Shown here: positions 26,101 through 39,756 of the stretch, in pieces
How the letters are laid out: the number at the start of each line of letters is the position of its first letter
How positions within the stretch are numbered: position 1 is the stretch's first letter
NCBI RefSeq assembly: GCF_964204645.1
Contig: NC_134036.1
Coordinates: forward strand, 9,961,859-10,025,858
DNA length: 64,000 bases
From: Tubulanus polymorphus
Lineage: Eukaryota > Animalia > Nemertea
Direction of reading: 5' to 3'
Translations under genes and position numbers: made by a program
Notes under the pieces: generated by a model
What the model was told of the DNA's origin: nothing
Seen by the model: the letters and a program-made list of their open reading frames with translations, nothing else
The model's database searches: none

Positions 26101-29100
26101 ACTAGCAGTTTTTTACCCAAAAAGTAACAAACTGTGTTATGCTGATACACTAGCATGGGATTGTCCAAGGGAATTTAAAAATCATTTAAGATCTGTTTTG
26201 AAAGGTTTGAATTGCCCTGATCCTGTTTATATCCACCTCCATGATCCTCATTTTGTTACTGAAAATTCAGTGCATGTATGTAGTAATAATTGTACTAGTT
26301 ATTACCCACTCCAATCATGTTCATCTGTCTGTGGCCCTGCTACATTAATTGGTGCTTGCATTGCAGCCTATTATGAAAAGGATATTTCAAGTGTATTTTC
26401 ATCTCCCAATGAATTATCTTATCTTAAGAACATTTCTAACTATTCTGATTTTGTTAGATTGATATTGATTAATTGGCTTATGAAACATCTAATTGATATT
26501 ACTCAACTCTTCTCAAAGTCATCTCAACCTACTGCTAATAGTACTACTTTCTCTAAGATATCACGATTATCTCGCAGACAGAGACATAAACGATCAACTG
26601 AGTCAAATAATACACTAGCTAGTTCTGAATTAAAGATGTCAGACTCTTATATTGCCCCTAAAAAAAGCAAATCAGTCTTAACTACAGCCAAATCTAAATC
26701 TACACCAATTTTGAATAATGAATCAACACTTGAATCTACAGCAATTTCGAATTATGAATCTGCAGCAATTTTGACTAATGAATCAACACCAATTTCGAAT
26801 AGTGAATCTGCACCAATTTTGACTAATGAATCTACACCAATTTCGAATAGTGAATCTGCACCAATTTTGACTATTAAATCTACACCTGAATCTACGCCAA
26901 TTTCGAATAATGAATCTACACCTGAATCTACATCCTCAATTTTGAATCCTCAATCCTCATTAACTATAAATTCAGCTGAACCATTAACTTCCCATATTAA
27001 TGGTTCTAAAACTACTATCTCCCATCGCATCAGGAGAGGAAAGCATTATCTTGAAGTTGCTTTTCATTCAACTGGCAGTAAGACGAAGTATAAAAGTTTT
27101 CATTGTACAGACCAAGGTACAAATGACCAGGTAGCCATTGACGCTATCAAGAAATACCTCAACAACCAGAATCCACTTAGTGATGAATGGGTTGAAAATG
27201 GGGAAGTAATGACTGGTGCTGACACAAAATATTATTTCGATAGATTCACTTTTGATTTTACAAAAACAGTTCGTCTGCATAAGAATGTGCGGCCTTCATT
27301 TGTTGGTAACCAGACAACGATGAAAGCTTCCTTAACATTAAAAAAGAATTGGCAAACCCATAGATTAGATAATAAATTTGAATTTATTGAGCCAATTGTT
27401 GAGGATACTTCTCAATTTGTGGCTGCAGAAATGCTCATAAAATGTTCGTCAAAGTCTTCAGTTTGTAAATCATCATGTGGATATTATCTTTCAAAGTTGA
27501 ATATGTCCAGTAACATCACTAATTGTCCCTCATGTCAAATTGACGTTGTTTTAAATGATAAACAATGTATTCATTGCTCCATTACCATGTCTAACAAATG
27601 GAGGAAAAATGCTGATGGTGAAACACTTTGTTCCAACTGTTACAACTATAAGCTGAAGAATAAACGTGATCGTCCTGTGAAGTTAAGGCAGCAGTTTGAG
27701 CCAAAAAAATTAATTCACCCTCATTTTATGTGTTATTGGGCAACGAAACTTGTATTATTTAGTACTGATTTATCCAAGTGGAGAATCTTCAGCAAACCAC
27801 TTAATGGTCAATATCATGACAATATTCCTTTACAAATTAAAAAGCGACCTAATTTATCTACTAGAGATAGATGGGATGAAAATAGAGTCATGATGAAAGC
27901 CACAGCAATGAAGGTTCTTTCTGCCACCAATGCTCACAATAACCTTCATGTATCAAATGTAAATGATGGCGCCGGTCATGACCATACCCTAGATCAAATT
28001 TCAAATAGATTGAAATATATTGATAAATCTTCGATAAAATTCAAGTCTCAAGACGAAATACCTATTCTAAGTTCTGATTGGAGAAATACTGAAAAATTAT
28101 TAGAGGGTAACTATGAATCTGTCCTTTTATTTCAACGAGGGGATGCCACACTCAAACGTAATTATCACATTATTCTCTCTGATCCTCGTTCTCTGGAACA
28201 TTTATCCAACTTTGGACAATCTGTCATTGGTATTGACGTGAAACATGATTTCAATTCGTGGAAATTCAAAACTTCATTTGTAACTTTTGCAGACAACAAA
28301 AATGAAGGACGTATTGCTGCTGCATCAATTAGTAGTGATGAAGGGGGGCTACTCATGCAACTACCATCCAGTTAGTTCTAGCCAATACACCATGTAAAGA
28401 CGAAAAATGTAATCATCCATCTGAATTCTATATATTTAATGATGGCAATGGTTTTTTCAGAATCAAGCCATGTTCATCAACATCTAGATTTTGTCCTTTT
28501 GTACAACATGATAAAGATGCAAGTCTAAAGCAAGGAGCATCTGACAATAATCTTAAATCAGTACTATGTAATTTTCATGTCCTGCAGTGTATTCGTCGCT
28601 TCATGAATGAAAATCAAGAACTTCGCTTATTTTGCAAGCCTCTAGAAACTGGTTTCAAATGCATTATGAGATCATGGGATGCTTCCTCTAGAACTGATAT
28701 AGCCAATTCATTTATTAGTTTTATTGAGAATGATATTTCTTTAGACCTTATGTCGCAAGATACAAAAACATTATTTATTGATTACCTAAAGAAGAATTGG
28801 TTTAGTTCCCAAATTTGGTCTGATGCATTCAATGCTGAATCAATTTATCAGTCAGACCAATCTAACAGAAATAACCCTTTGCTATTAACTGATAATATTA
28901 CTGAGCGCAAATTCAAACAAATAGATGATGTCTACTTAAGTGGACACCTAAATAAACTGATATCATCTTTTGTACGATTACTGTTTGAAAATGTTTTTAA
29001 TGATGAGATCAAAGCGACAAATATGAACAATCTCCAATTTAAGCAACTTGACCAACGAGTTAAGAATATACGTCACCTTGAAAAGATAGAAAAGTGTTGC

Positions 29101-30798
29101 AAAAGAGCCTTTGATTTATTACAGAATAATGAGACTTTAAAATATGATGAAGAAACTAATTGGTTTGTTGTGAAGAGTTCTTCACGAAAGAACTTAAATA
29201 GGTTAGAAGATAATGATAATTTTTTCAATGGTGATACTCAATATACATTCAATCAGCTTGATGTTTTAGAAGAAAGATTCCCCGATAAAGTATCAATATC
29301 CGAGGAACATTCATATGACATTTCAAAAAAATGCCGAAGGTACATAGGAAATTTAGATTCAATATCCAGTCGTATCTTATTCAATTACGTTATTACAATC
29401 GTTCCTGAAAATTGTCTTTCATACGTAGATGGTAATTGCCATTTAATCAATTTGAAACTAGGTATATGTACTTGTGAAGCTTTTATAATGATTGGACAAC
29501 CATATTTTTGCAAACATCTTTTTGCCTGTTTTGCCCAAAAAAACAATATAACCACAACGAAGGCTTTAATTGATGCATATAAATTCCACATTGTGGAGCC
29601 TCTGCCAACTTACAATTTTACTCGACAAAATAGTTCTGTTTCATCTACCCTCATTGATAAGTTAAAAGATCATTCCCACATTGCTAGCTCGAATGATATC
29701 AATGCTGCTCGGAAAGGGCACATTCTAAGTATTTTACATAATGAAAGCCACTGTGGAATTAAGTTAATAAGCGGACGACCTGCCAAACGACAACCTCACA
29801 ATATGGCTCATAGGCGTGCTGAGGGTCCAATCAAGGACAATCAGGTTGCCATAAACCTTCCTGAACTTGAAGTGATAGACCCTTACTGCCCTAAGGTTAC
29901 AATGCCTAAAGATGCTGAGAATGCAAGACACGGAGGGCGAAAGATAATTAGACCTGCTAACAGAGGTGTATCCTTTTCTGCTATGGTTGAAAATGCTGCT
30001 ATCAAACTAGGTAAAAAAGCTAAAATATCAGAAATTGAAACCATAGACTCCACTGATCCAGATCCTGGCAATAATATCGAATTTTCAGCAGATATTTTAA
30101 GTCAGAATAAATCATCCTTACCGAAAAAATCAAAAGATACCAAACCAAAAGATATTAAGTCAATACCAGTTGTTAAAAATGACTCGAAGTCTGTTTTATT
30201 TGAAAAAAGTATTGTCTGTTCCTTTTGTATTAAAGACAAAATAAATCCTCCATATCTTTGTTCATGTCGCAGGGAACTAGATAGGCACATATCCACTTCT
30301 CATTCATCTTTGAAACCTATCTCATGTGCTATTTGTTGGGCAGATGGGGTTATTAATTCATATGCAAGTGAAACATTCCTTCAAAAGCACATTCGTATTG
30401 AACATAATCATCATAAGAAAAAATCTATTGTAATCGATTATAATAATAGAGATGATTATCTCAACAGTTCTCCTATTACAGAAATCAATAATTCCAATTC
30501 TGAAAAAGAATTAGAAATTCTTATAGATCAACCTGGAAATGCAGGCCTCCAAAACCTAGCAAAATTGAAACTAGATAATCTTTTGTCATCAAAAGTTGAA
30601 AAAACCCCTTCTCAGTTAGTTGCTGAAACCTGCCCTGTCTGCCACAAAAACTGCAATGCTAATCCTAAGAAAAAGTCCACATTCTCAATTGAATGTGATA
30701 ATTGCCATAGATGGTATCATTGGAAATGTGCTCCAATCAATGAGGCTCCTCCTGAACATATCAGGTGGTTTTGTTTTCATTGTGACCCGATTTCCTAA
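23171..30798 (+). CDS. MULE multidomain protein: SGNH hydrolase - C2H2 - Ulp1-like protease - GATA finger - DDE transposase - SWIM - C2H2 - PHD; one frameshift
   Basis: Phase-consistent exons 23171-23285, 23357-23537, 23620-23730, 23825-23914, 24009-24075, 24194-24256, 24346-24426, 24530-24610, 24698-24763, 24861-24967, 25129-30798 (possible ATG at 22293-22295). SGNH blocks VADSI/PGGTI/VGTNN/DLLHP; Ulp1 NHYAL/YADTL/QSCSSVCG; GATA C-x2-C-x17-C-x2-C; MULE IGIDVKH, QHDKD, CNFH, NITER; SWIM CTC...CKH; PHD at the C-terminus. Frameshift in G6 at 28343-28348. Confidence 0.82.
26697..26946 (+). repeat. Coding 24-bp repeat (ESTPISNS/ESAPILTN) in the linker of the MULE protein
   Basis: gaatct(a/g)caccaattt(t/c)ga repeated in frame. 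Confidence 0.8.
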
Positions 30799-31574
30799 AT
30801 AGTTTGTATTGAATATTATTGATCGGGTTTCGAATGAATCCCTGACGTTAGAAATATTTTCATTTCCCATGGTGAACGTAGAAGCCTATAATGACCGTCA
30901 CTTAGTCACCTATATATTTACTCGATTATATATAAGGTTAAGAAGCGATGTATATGCACTGGTGTTTATAGTGCTCTATTTCAGGTTTTTTCTTTCAGGA
31001 AAATATATTTTGTGAATAGATTACCGCTTGATTTTTTATGTTACAGGTTACTGCAAAATCATCAGTTATTGTGATGCGTGCCGATGTCTCTGGATGATTC
31101 TGACCATGTCTAGAACTTCAACATCCTTGACTTATCATCAATTGGCAGCAGTATACATACATGCATGTTCAGAGAGTGTATGAAGAGAGTGTATGGACAC
31201 ATCAACCTCGGTTCAAGGCTGTCCCTGATTAAATTGTATAATCCATATATAATATATATAGATTGGTCCCATTTTAACTTACTCAACTGCTTGAATGTAT
31301 TGTTTGTTATTCGTAAATTTTCACTTATTCATTGATTGTTTCTGTAGAATTTTATATGTGATATATAAACGTGGAAACCAGGGCCCATTGCACTATGAAA
31401 GACACTTGACATTTTTTTGGGACAGATCTTTCTATATGTTTATGTCCTCGAGGCATCTGAAGTTAAGAAAATTCCCTTTGAAAACTGGAAATGACATAAT
31501 GATATAAGTTGTGGAATGTTTAAATTCGACAAAATGAATGTGTTTTGCATTCCTAAGGCCCTATATATTTACTG

Positions 31575-32480
31575 CAGTTAGTCCTGTATGTCTTTTTTAT
31601 CGCAATTTACTGTGGTTTATTCCTGTTTGTCCTGTATGTCTTTGTGATCGCGATCGCAATTCATTGGTTGCATTGTTTACTGTTAGTCCTGTATGTCTAT
31701 CGCAATTAAGTTAGTCCTGTATGTCTTAGTTAATCGCAATTCATTGATTGCATTGTCTACTGTTAGTCCTGTATGTCCTGTATGTCTTAGTTAATCGCAA
31801 TTCATTGGTTGCATTGTTTACTGTTAGTCCTGTATATTCTGTATGTCTATCGCAATTAAGTTAGTCCTGTATTTCTTAAATAATCGCAATTCATTGGTTA
31901 TTGAATTGTCTACTGTTAGTCCTGTGGTTTAGTCCTGTATGTCTTAGTTAATCGCAATTCATTGGTTGAATTGTCTACTGTTAGTCCTGTATGTCCTGTG
32001 GTTTTGTCCTGTATGTCTTTGTGATCGCGATCGCAATTCATTGGTTGCATTGTTTACTGTTAGTCCTGTATGTCTATCGCAATTAAGTTAGTCCTGTATG
32101 TCCTGTATGTCTTAGTTAATCGCAATTCATTGGTTGTTGAATTGTCTACTGTTAGTCCTGTATGTCCGGTGGTTTAGTCCTGTATGTCTTAGTTAATCGC
32201 AATTCGTTGGTTGAATTGTCTACTGTTAATCCTGTATGTCCTGTATGTCTATCGCAATTAAGTTAGTCCTGTTTGTCCTGTATGTCTTAGCTACGAGCAA
32301 TTATCAAACTTGATAATTGCTCGTAGGTCTTAGTTAATCGCAATTCATTGGTTGCATGGTTTACTGTTAAAGCTGTATGTTCTGTATCTCTATCGCAATT
32401 TCATTGGTTGCATTGTTTACTGTTAAAGCTGTATGTTCTGTATCTCTATCGCAATTTCATTGGTTGAATTGTTAACAGTC
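31575..32480. repeat. Complex minisatellite in the 3' part of the MULE
   Basis: Shuffled modules gttagtcctgtatgtc and atcgcaattcattggttg(c/a)attg. Confidence 0.9.
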
Positions 32481-32623
32481 CTCTGTATGTACATGTAAAA
32501 ATAATTAAGGTTCTGACAACAGGTTTGTAAAGTAATCAGCTATCTGTTTTGTCTATCGTTGCTTAAACTGTTAACTGTTGTTTTAGAGTTCTGTATGTCT
32601 TTGTCGATCATTTTGTCTGCACT

Positions 32624-32864
32624 CAGGGGCGGATCCAGCATTTTGAAGGGGGGGGGGCAAATGAAAGCAACAACAGATGGCTGTAAGCCATTCCAGAGCA
32701 AGCACCGATAACGCGAAGACCCTCCCTAAATTTTTTTTGGAAAAATAGATGCAAGCAGGTGCATTCTGAGCATTACTTAATAGAAAGATTTCATTCGGTT
32801 TTTACTCAGTAACGCATAGATTTGCGGCTACATCGGTAAAAATAGAGGGGTGGATCCGCCACTG
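32624..32864. mobile_element. hAT-like MITE nested in the MULE
   Basis: Ends caggggcggatcca ... tggatccgccactg; no TSD recognised. Confidence 0.5.
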
Positions 32865-34123
32865 AATAGCTATTGTTTTGTGTAGGATTGTATCTGTGAA
32901 TTAAGTAAAGTTACTTACTCCAGTCTGATGTTATTGCTTATTGCTCGTATTTTATTGTTTTAAGTGTGCGAATACTTTTCTTAGATTTATGGAGATCAGG
33001 ATGACGAGGGTTCGATTTGAACCAACAAATAAACAAAAACATTCAAACCTCAAATTAATCCGTTTACTTGTCTTTATTTTTGGGGAACATTTTTTTACCT
33101 AGTTCAGATTTGATAACACAGTAGTCGCGAAAAAAGCGATGTGCCGTTGAAGACAGACCTGAAGGTCTTTGCCGACAGCGATGCTATCCATGATTTCAAA
33201 AGATGTGAAGAAGGTGCATCTTCGACAACCATAGTTTGCAGTTTTAACAATTTAAAACAATAATAGTTTCATTAAACAACTTAAAACTTAAAGATTTAGT
33301 GGACTTACTGTTTAACCAGGGCAGGGATTTCTCGCAACCGTACATGATATATACATACACTAGCAGTAAATACAATGTACTTCTAACCCTTATAAAACTT
33401 AAACTATTATTAGTTATTTTACAATTATCAAACGGCAACGTTGAAATGCGATGTGCGCTCAGAGCGGCCGTAGTGATTTTGGCGTATTGTGGGATTCGAA
33501 CCGCTCGGAATTTGTACTAGTGACGTCACTCGCCATCGACCAAAACAGGCTTTCAACCTTTTGCAGACTACAGTACAAAAGGAAACCCCACACAATATGG
33601 TATTACTACAATGTGGATTTGGACTCAGTAAAAGCCGGTGACAGAACTCAACGGGACTTAAAATATTTTTACGGGTGGGAGTTAAAAGTAGCTTACGCCC
33701 TGCCAGTACTAGCACCTAGCAGTCCTCTTCGGTGTTGCAGGCATAAATTAGACCAGACCTTTACTCCTAGGCTATGAACTTGAAGTTTGAGTCAAGTGGA
33801 AATCAGTCTATACCTTGCTTATAGGCATATCAGGCCCTAACAAAATATGTACCATGGGCTGGAAAGCATATACCTAGGCCTATCGGACTTAAGACCGGGA
33901 GAAATTGTTCCACAATATTTCGGTGAAGGTAGGCTATAAAACAGAAGCATGATTGAACATGCTTCAAAGCATGATATGTAGGATTCATTATAGGCTAGTT
34001 CATCGTCGCTCCGGAAATTTATTCATTTATTCATTATTAGTTCTGGGTTCGGCTAGTTGAACTAGCCTACTACTAAAAAAACGTGCCAAATTCAATGAAT
34101 CCCATTCTTAGTTGATACAATAC

Positions 34124-34523
34124 AGGGGCGTAGCCACCACCGGTGCGACAACTGCGACATGTGTCGCACCAATCAATTCAAAAACCCATTACGCTAAAAA
34201 GTCATAAGAAACCTTGTTCTGTGTTTACATGGGGGGGGGGAGGTAGGCCTATCAGGTTCTCCACCAAGTTTTGTTTATAGTGTTTACAGTATCACATCTG
34301 GACAATGCATCTGATCTCACACTACCAAATCTCCAAAAAATTATTCAAATATGAGTTCTCATAGCCACAAGAACGCATCTCAGACGTTTTAATGTTCAAG
34401 ATTTTCTTGGGGGAGGGCCCCAAATCCCCGTTTAGACATCGCGCCTTCGGCTCTCGTTTGGATATGCGCGCCTTTGGCGCTCTGGATTGTTGCACCGAGT
34501 GAATTCTCGGTAGCTACGCCCCT
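34124..34523. mobile_element. 400-bp hAT-like MITE
   Basis: TIRs aggggcgtagc / gctacgcccct; 8-bp TSD tacaatac / tgcaatac (1 mismatch). Confidence 0.75.
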
Positions 34524-34988
34524 TGCAATACCAGCAAAAGAATCCATTTATCAATAATACTGATAAATAATAATAATAATAATATAACACAATAAGCCGC
34601 GCAATATTCCAAAGCGAAGTGTTGAACGGAACGACAATAGCCGCCATTCAGGTGAATGAGATTGAATAGAGTTGAATCTGATTGGTCGAGTCAAACAAAT
34701 CAATCTGATTGGTCGATAGATATATATCAAATCTGATTGGTCGAATCATACATATCGTTTCCAGAGTTTACCACCAGAGGGGTGTTGTGTCGCTACTCCA
34801 CGACCCAATATCCATTTTTGCCACATACGATATATTAACGTTGGGGTGCTAACCACGTCAGCTTAATAATTGGGGCCACAATTATTGGGTCCCAGTCCCA
34901 ATAAACAGAAAATGACCCAATACGACAGAGTGGACCCAATACTCCGAGTCTCAGGATCACGCATGTCCCGATAAGTTGGCGTTTATAA

Positions 34989-35106
<118 letters not shown>

Positions 35107-38091
35107 TCGTATAGATGTGAGCCGGTTTCCGGATTTTGAGGTTTATCTAGAAATCCCATTTTCCTGAGATAAGTCCTATCATGTATCAGTAGGCTTTCTA
35201 ACTCAAATGTATGCATAGCTTAGCCATGGGAAAGTGAAGGTGGGTCCATTTTAAAAATATAGACTTAGCTAATCATGATGAGTGGTACTAACCATTTTGT
35301 CATTTGGGTCAATGGGAATTTGATTAATAACTCTGGACGTTTATTATTCATAGCAACCATTGTTTTTTTGCTAACCAGTGAAGTGGTTGAAATTGTCCAG
35401 GCGATAGTTTTATTACCCTAATACTATCTTTAACAAGTCCCCAATGAAATTTTCATTGAAAATTCAATTTGGAATTTAGCCAAATCGAATAGCATTCGAA
35501 GGATCCGACTTCAGAGCGGATGCTAATTTTTTATTTCATGTACGATGACAATGGCTATAAGTTTCAAATATCCGCTATGAAAAGTTTTAAATTAATTATG
35601 ATTTTAAATATATTTTATTCCTTGTAATGTGCATTGTACGTTTGCATTTGTAAAGTTTAGGTGAATAATGTATTTGTGTACATTGTACTTTGAACGTTTT
35701 ATTGTCCTGTTCAAGTCAATTGAAAGTCAATTGAAATGGAGGAAGTTATTTCGATCTATTTAAGATCTTATCACGCCTTATCTAACCTAGGATGGAATTA
35801 GTATCGGCACTAGTGTCAATGTCGCTAGCCTCTACTATGGTACAATATATTCATTAATCCAATCAGCTGCTACATCTGAATTCAGACTTTATTTCCAATC
35901 TTGAAACCTTAGCATCCACAAAATACACCAACATTTTTTTGAGTTGATCGGAAAACCAAGATTTTGGGGTACATTTAACCCCCGATAAACCACCATCATA
36001 TTTACAGCAACCCCCTCCTGCCGCCAGGTTTTCTCAATGTACATCTCTATACAAATACGTAAAGCACCTCCAATACACCGCCATACACTCTATACCATGT
36101 AAAACGTTCTACACCCATGTGGGCGGTATATAGGGAGTTGACTGTTCGTTGTTTCAAACACTTCTTGCTGGTTGCATTTGAGTTTCATGTTTATTGTTCA
36201 TGAAATAAAGTTGCTGACAAGAATTATTATGGCTACCATATCTTTGTATAGAGGTATTTAACCTTTTCTTTCTTTGTCCACAGCGATCTCCTCCAAATGT
36301 GTCCCCTTCACGTCAACTAGTTGTCTATTTTGCCACTCGCATCTGTTGTCTGGTAATCTATAGTATTGTCTGTGCACCTTCATACCATGACCCGTGGTCT
36401 TTCAAATTCAATACCTGCGACATCGAACTGTAGTGTCACTTTGAAAATCTGTACCACTTGTAATTGCCACGGAATTCTCGAAGAGTTGTTGTGTCACAAA
36501 GTTCTGCTAGTAGTTGGTGTGTGACTACTTTCTCAACCAATGGTTTTGACGGGCTTGTTCATTTGGGTTGTCCTAAGCGTTCTCCCTTCTGAGGGTAATA
36601 TAAGTTATAACAAGTTTTCTTATACGACCACACTGCTTCTTTATTTTCTTCTCCTTAGTGTAACATATCTCTCTGCTTTATCGCCCAACTCTCTTTTTGT
36701 ACTCTCTAACTTTAAAAACCTTAGACTTATATACTAATTTGTACGTTCCTCACATTCCTAAACTATTTCCTCACCCGCTTCTTACCTTAACCTATATGGT
36801 ATTTTCAATACCCGCTACTTCCATTCTACTCCCTCTTAACCCAGGTTAATCATCCCTTAAAAGTCCTTATATTTTAGATATAGCAACTAAATGATCTTCC
36901 GTCTTTCTCACAAACTCCCAATTAATCTGAGCCATTTGAGTCAGTAGTGATTTAATAACATTCGTCACCTAAATTGGTTGTATGACATTCAAACAAACTG
37001 GGTCTGAAAATCACTTTTTTGGGTCTGCTGAATATCAAATAAGTCTGGATTGGCATACATTTTCCTTAACAATTTAACAAGTGGCCTCAACGTAGGTGTA
37101 TAGAAAAAAATCGGGCATGAGGTATTAGTAGGAAGTAATGGGATCTTGATGACCTCGATACAACATATAACTCATTATCTGAATGGGGTATAGAGTCCAT
37201 TTGAGAAAGGGGCTGCTGGCTCTGTACCTTTGTTGGCAACTGACTGTGCTGCAGCTTTAAACTGCGGCTTTTTCTACCTTAATTCAAGAAGGGTATAAGT
37301 CATTTGTATCTATGAATTATTGTAAATGTCAATTACATTCAACAAGCGAGGGTGATAAATGTTCATAGGCCACTAATTCAGGTAAGGGCCTATATCAAGT
37401 GCATATTTAACGCTAGCGTTTTGCATAATTCATGAGCGTTAATGGTAGTCTGCACTCCGAACACATTCTGAGGGGTAATCATATACCATTTTTTTCATCG
37501 TTTATTAATTCTTTACCTCGCTAAAGTAATATATTATCAATTCCGAGTTTACACATACACGGCAGATTCCCCCTTATTCATTACGGATGATTTCGGTGAA
37601 TTTCACTAAAAATTATTCGGAAAAAATATTCGTTATACCAATTCTCAACTCGGTGAAATAGAAAAATTCACAATGCCGAGTTCCCAGATTCTGAACCGGT
37701 GGAATATGAAACATCAAAACGCTACTGAGTTTCCCAATTATCAATTCTTGTCAGCAGTCTCGTGCGTTTAAGAAGAACCTGATTGCGCACAGCGCTACAA
37801 GTTCGACAATCTTCATTCATGATCGCATGTTTACTCTGAAGGCCTTGTTCATCAAGAGTGTCCTTGCCCGATCTTAACTCTGGAACATGATATATATGTA
37901 TCTGCGTTCTTGCTGTTATTGTCGATGCGGTAAATTTAGTTGGAAACAATCAAAATCATGACGATGATGTTTCAAGCTGTTTATCTCGTCTTGAAGAAAG
38001 TGATATGCTGTATACAATGCATACATGTCACTGAATTGTGTGTTAAGTGTAAGTAATTTAAATTTTTCTGATGGGACCCTTATGAAAATGG

Positions 38092-38500
38092 TACACGTGT
38101 AATTGTAAATGAAAATACACGTGTATTTCAAGTACACGTGTAAAATTGGCCCAATTTTACACGTGTACTTTATCCCAATTACACGTGTACTTCATCCTAA
38201 TTACACGTGTACTTCATCCAAATTACACGTGTATTACACGTGTACTTCATCCTTATTACACGTGTTTTTCATCTTGTATTACACGTGTACTTCATCCAAA
38301 TTACACGTGTATTACACGTATACTTCATCCTAATTACACGTGTACTTCATCCTTATTACACGTGTACTTCATCCAAATTACACGTGTATTACACGTGTAC
38401 TTCATCCTTATTACACGTGTTTTTCATCTTGTATTACACGTGTACTTTATCCTAATTACATGTGTATTTCATCCAATATTACACGTGTCTTACACGTGTA
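38092..38500. repeat. Left subterminal array of palindromic TACACGTGTA (matching right array at ~43525-43741)
   Basis: About 20 copies of the acacgtgt core. Confidence 0.92.
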
Positions 38501-38957
38501 CTTCATGCTAAATACAGGTGTCTTCAATTGCTATTTTTTGTTGAATTCAAATCAAACCACCATGTGAGGACCATCTCCTTAATCCATGTGCTGTTTAGAA
38601 TGAACGTACTCAAGAGATTCACATTTTCCATACTAACTGATTTATTCATCTTCATAAATTTTATAAATCTTTGAGTAATGGCATGTCTTATGTTGGCCTC
38701 TTTCGCACCCTTCTCCTTTTGACATTGTTCTGAAATGATAACCATTTGAAAAAAATTAAGCAAAAGTATAAAATGATTTCTTTACCCGGATAAATAATTC
38801 AACTTCAGCTGCTTGGGATGATGATTGAATTCTGTAGCTTTTTCTAAGAGTCTTCTGCATATAACAGTTTTTGCACTCTTCAATGACTTGATTTTAAGCC
38901 ATATGGTGAAATGCTTGACAATCTGGAAATTTCAATGTTCAACGCCACCTGATGAAA

Positions 38958-39756
38958 AACAAGGGGTCTAGGGACACCATGCCCATATGGTTTCGAATGC
39001 TAACCAATCAACATAATAAAATAGAAACAGGACATTGAAACTCACCACTATCATAGAACATGTCACAAGCTACAATTTCATAATTGATCGATGTTATCAA
39101 GTATTCATAGGTACAAAAATAAATTAGACAAATTGTATATAATTCAATATTCAACTCCCCCTGATGGTGAGAACAAAAACCTGGGTAACCCCAATTCCAC
39201 ATGAGATGAATACTACAACAGTGGTAACAATTATCAAATATCAAGACTATAAGTCAAAACCTGTTGATATTTTCCTTCAAAAACCTTTTTCTATCTATGA
39301 ATAAGAACTGATGACACTAAGATGGCTGCCAAATGTGTCACGCATGACTGATCGAAAAATCTGTCTCGTATGTTTTAGATTGTTAAGAATGTACACCCAT
39401 TACAAATTTCAAAGAAAAATTGCAAACCATTAGGCAGCTACAAGGCAAAAATGACCTTTTTGGGTACAAAAAAGGTCACATGATGGCCATCTTGTGTCAA
39501 GATTGAAGCATCTTCAAAATTTCCCTTGAAAACTTCAAAAAATTGCATAAGTGATGATTTTGGGGAACGAAAATGGCCAATGCAGTTGGCCATCTCGATT
39601 CGGACCAGTTTTGGGCTGGAGACATGGCTAGGATAGATATATGTATAACTTAAATATCAAGAGTATTAAAACCTCCCAAAATACTGGATTCCAACAACAG
39701 ACGAACAAAGGGTGAATGCAATAGCCCGCTTGGACTAAAGTCTCAAATGGACTAAA
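38958..39756 (+). mobile_element. Second, diverged Helentron/DINE-1-like repeat nested in the EnSpm
   Basis: Colinear similarity to 19598-20852: start aacaaggggtctagggacaccatgcc, aagatggctgcc, 3' aatagcccgcttggac...ggactaaa. Confidence 0.6.

Larger units (their letters stand above)
21552..33564 (+). mobile_element. Full-length 12,013-bp Mutator-like (MULE) DNA transposon
   Basis: 44-bp TIRs at 21552-21595 and 33521-33564 (gcaaaaggttgaaagcctgttttggtcgatggc(t/g)agtgacgtca, 1 mismatch); perfect 9-bp TSD agactacag at 21543-21551 and 33565-33573; internal DDE+SWIM transposase. Confidence 0.95.

Noticed and set aside
25118-30798. Host GATA factor or SENP gene
   Set aside because: Domains lie within a DDE transposase bounded by TIRs and a 9-bp TSD
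36300-36950. Possible LINE ORF1 remnant (purine-rich minus strand)
   Set aside because: No recognisable motif recovered
38109-38567. Overlapping LHVYF/YTCT ORFs
   Set aside because: Artefacts of the TACACGTGTA subterminal array
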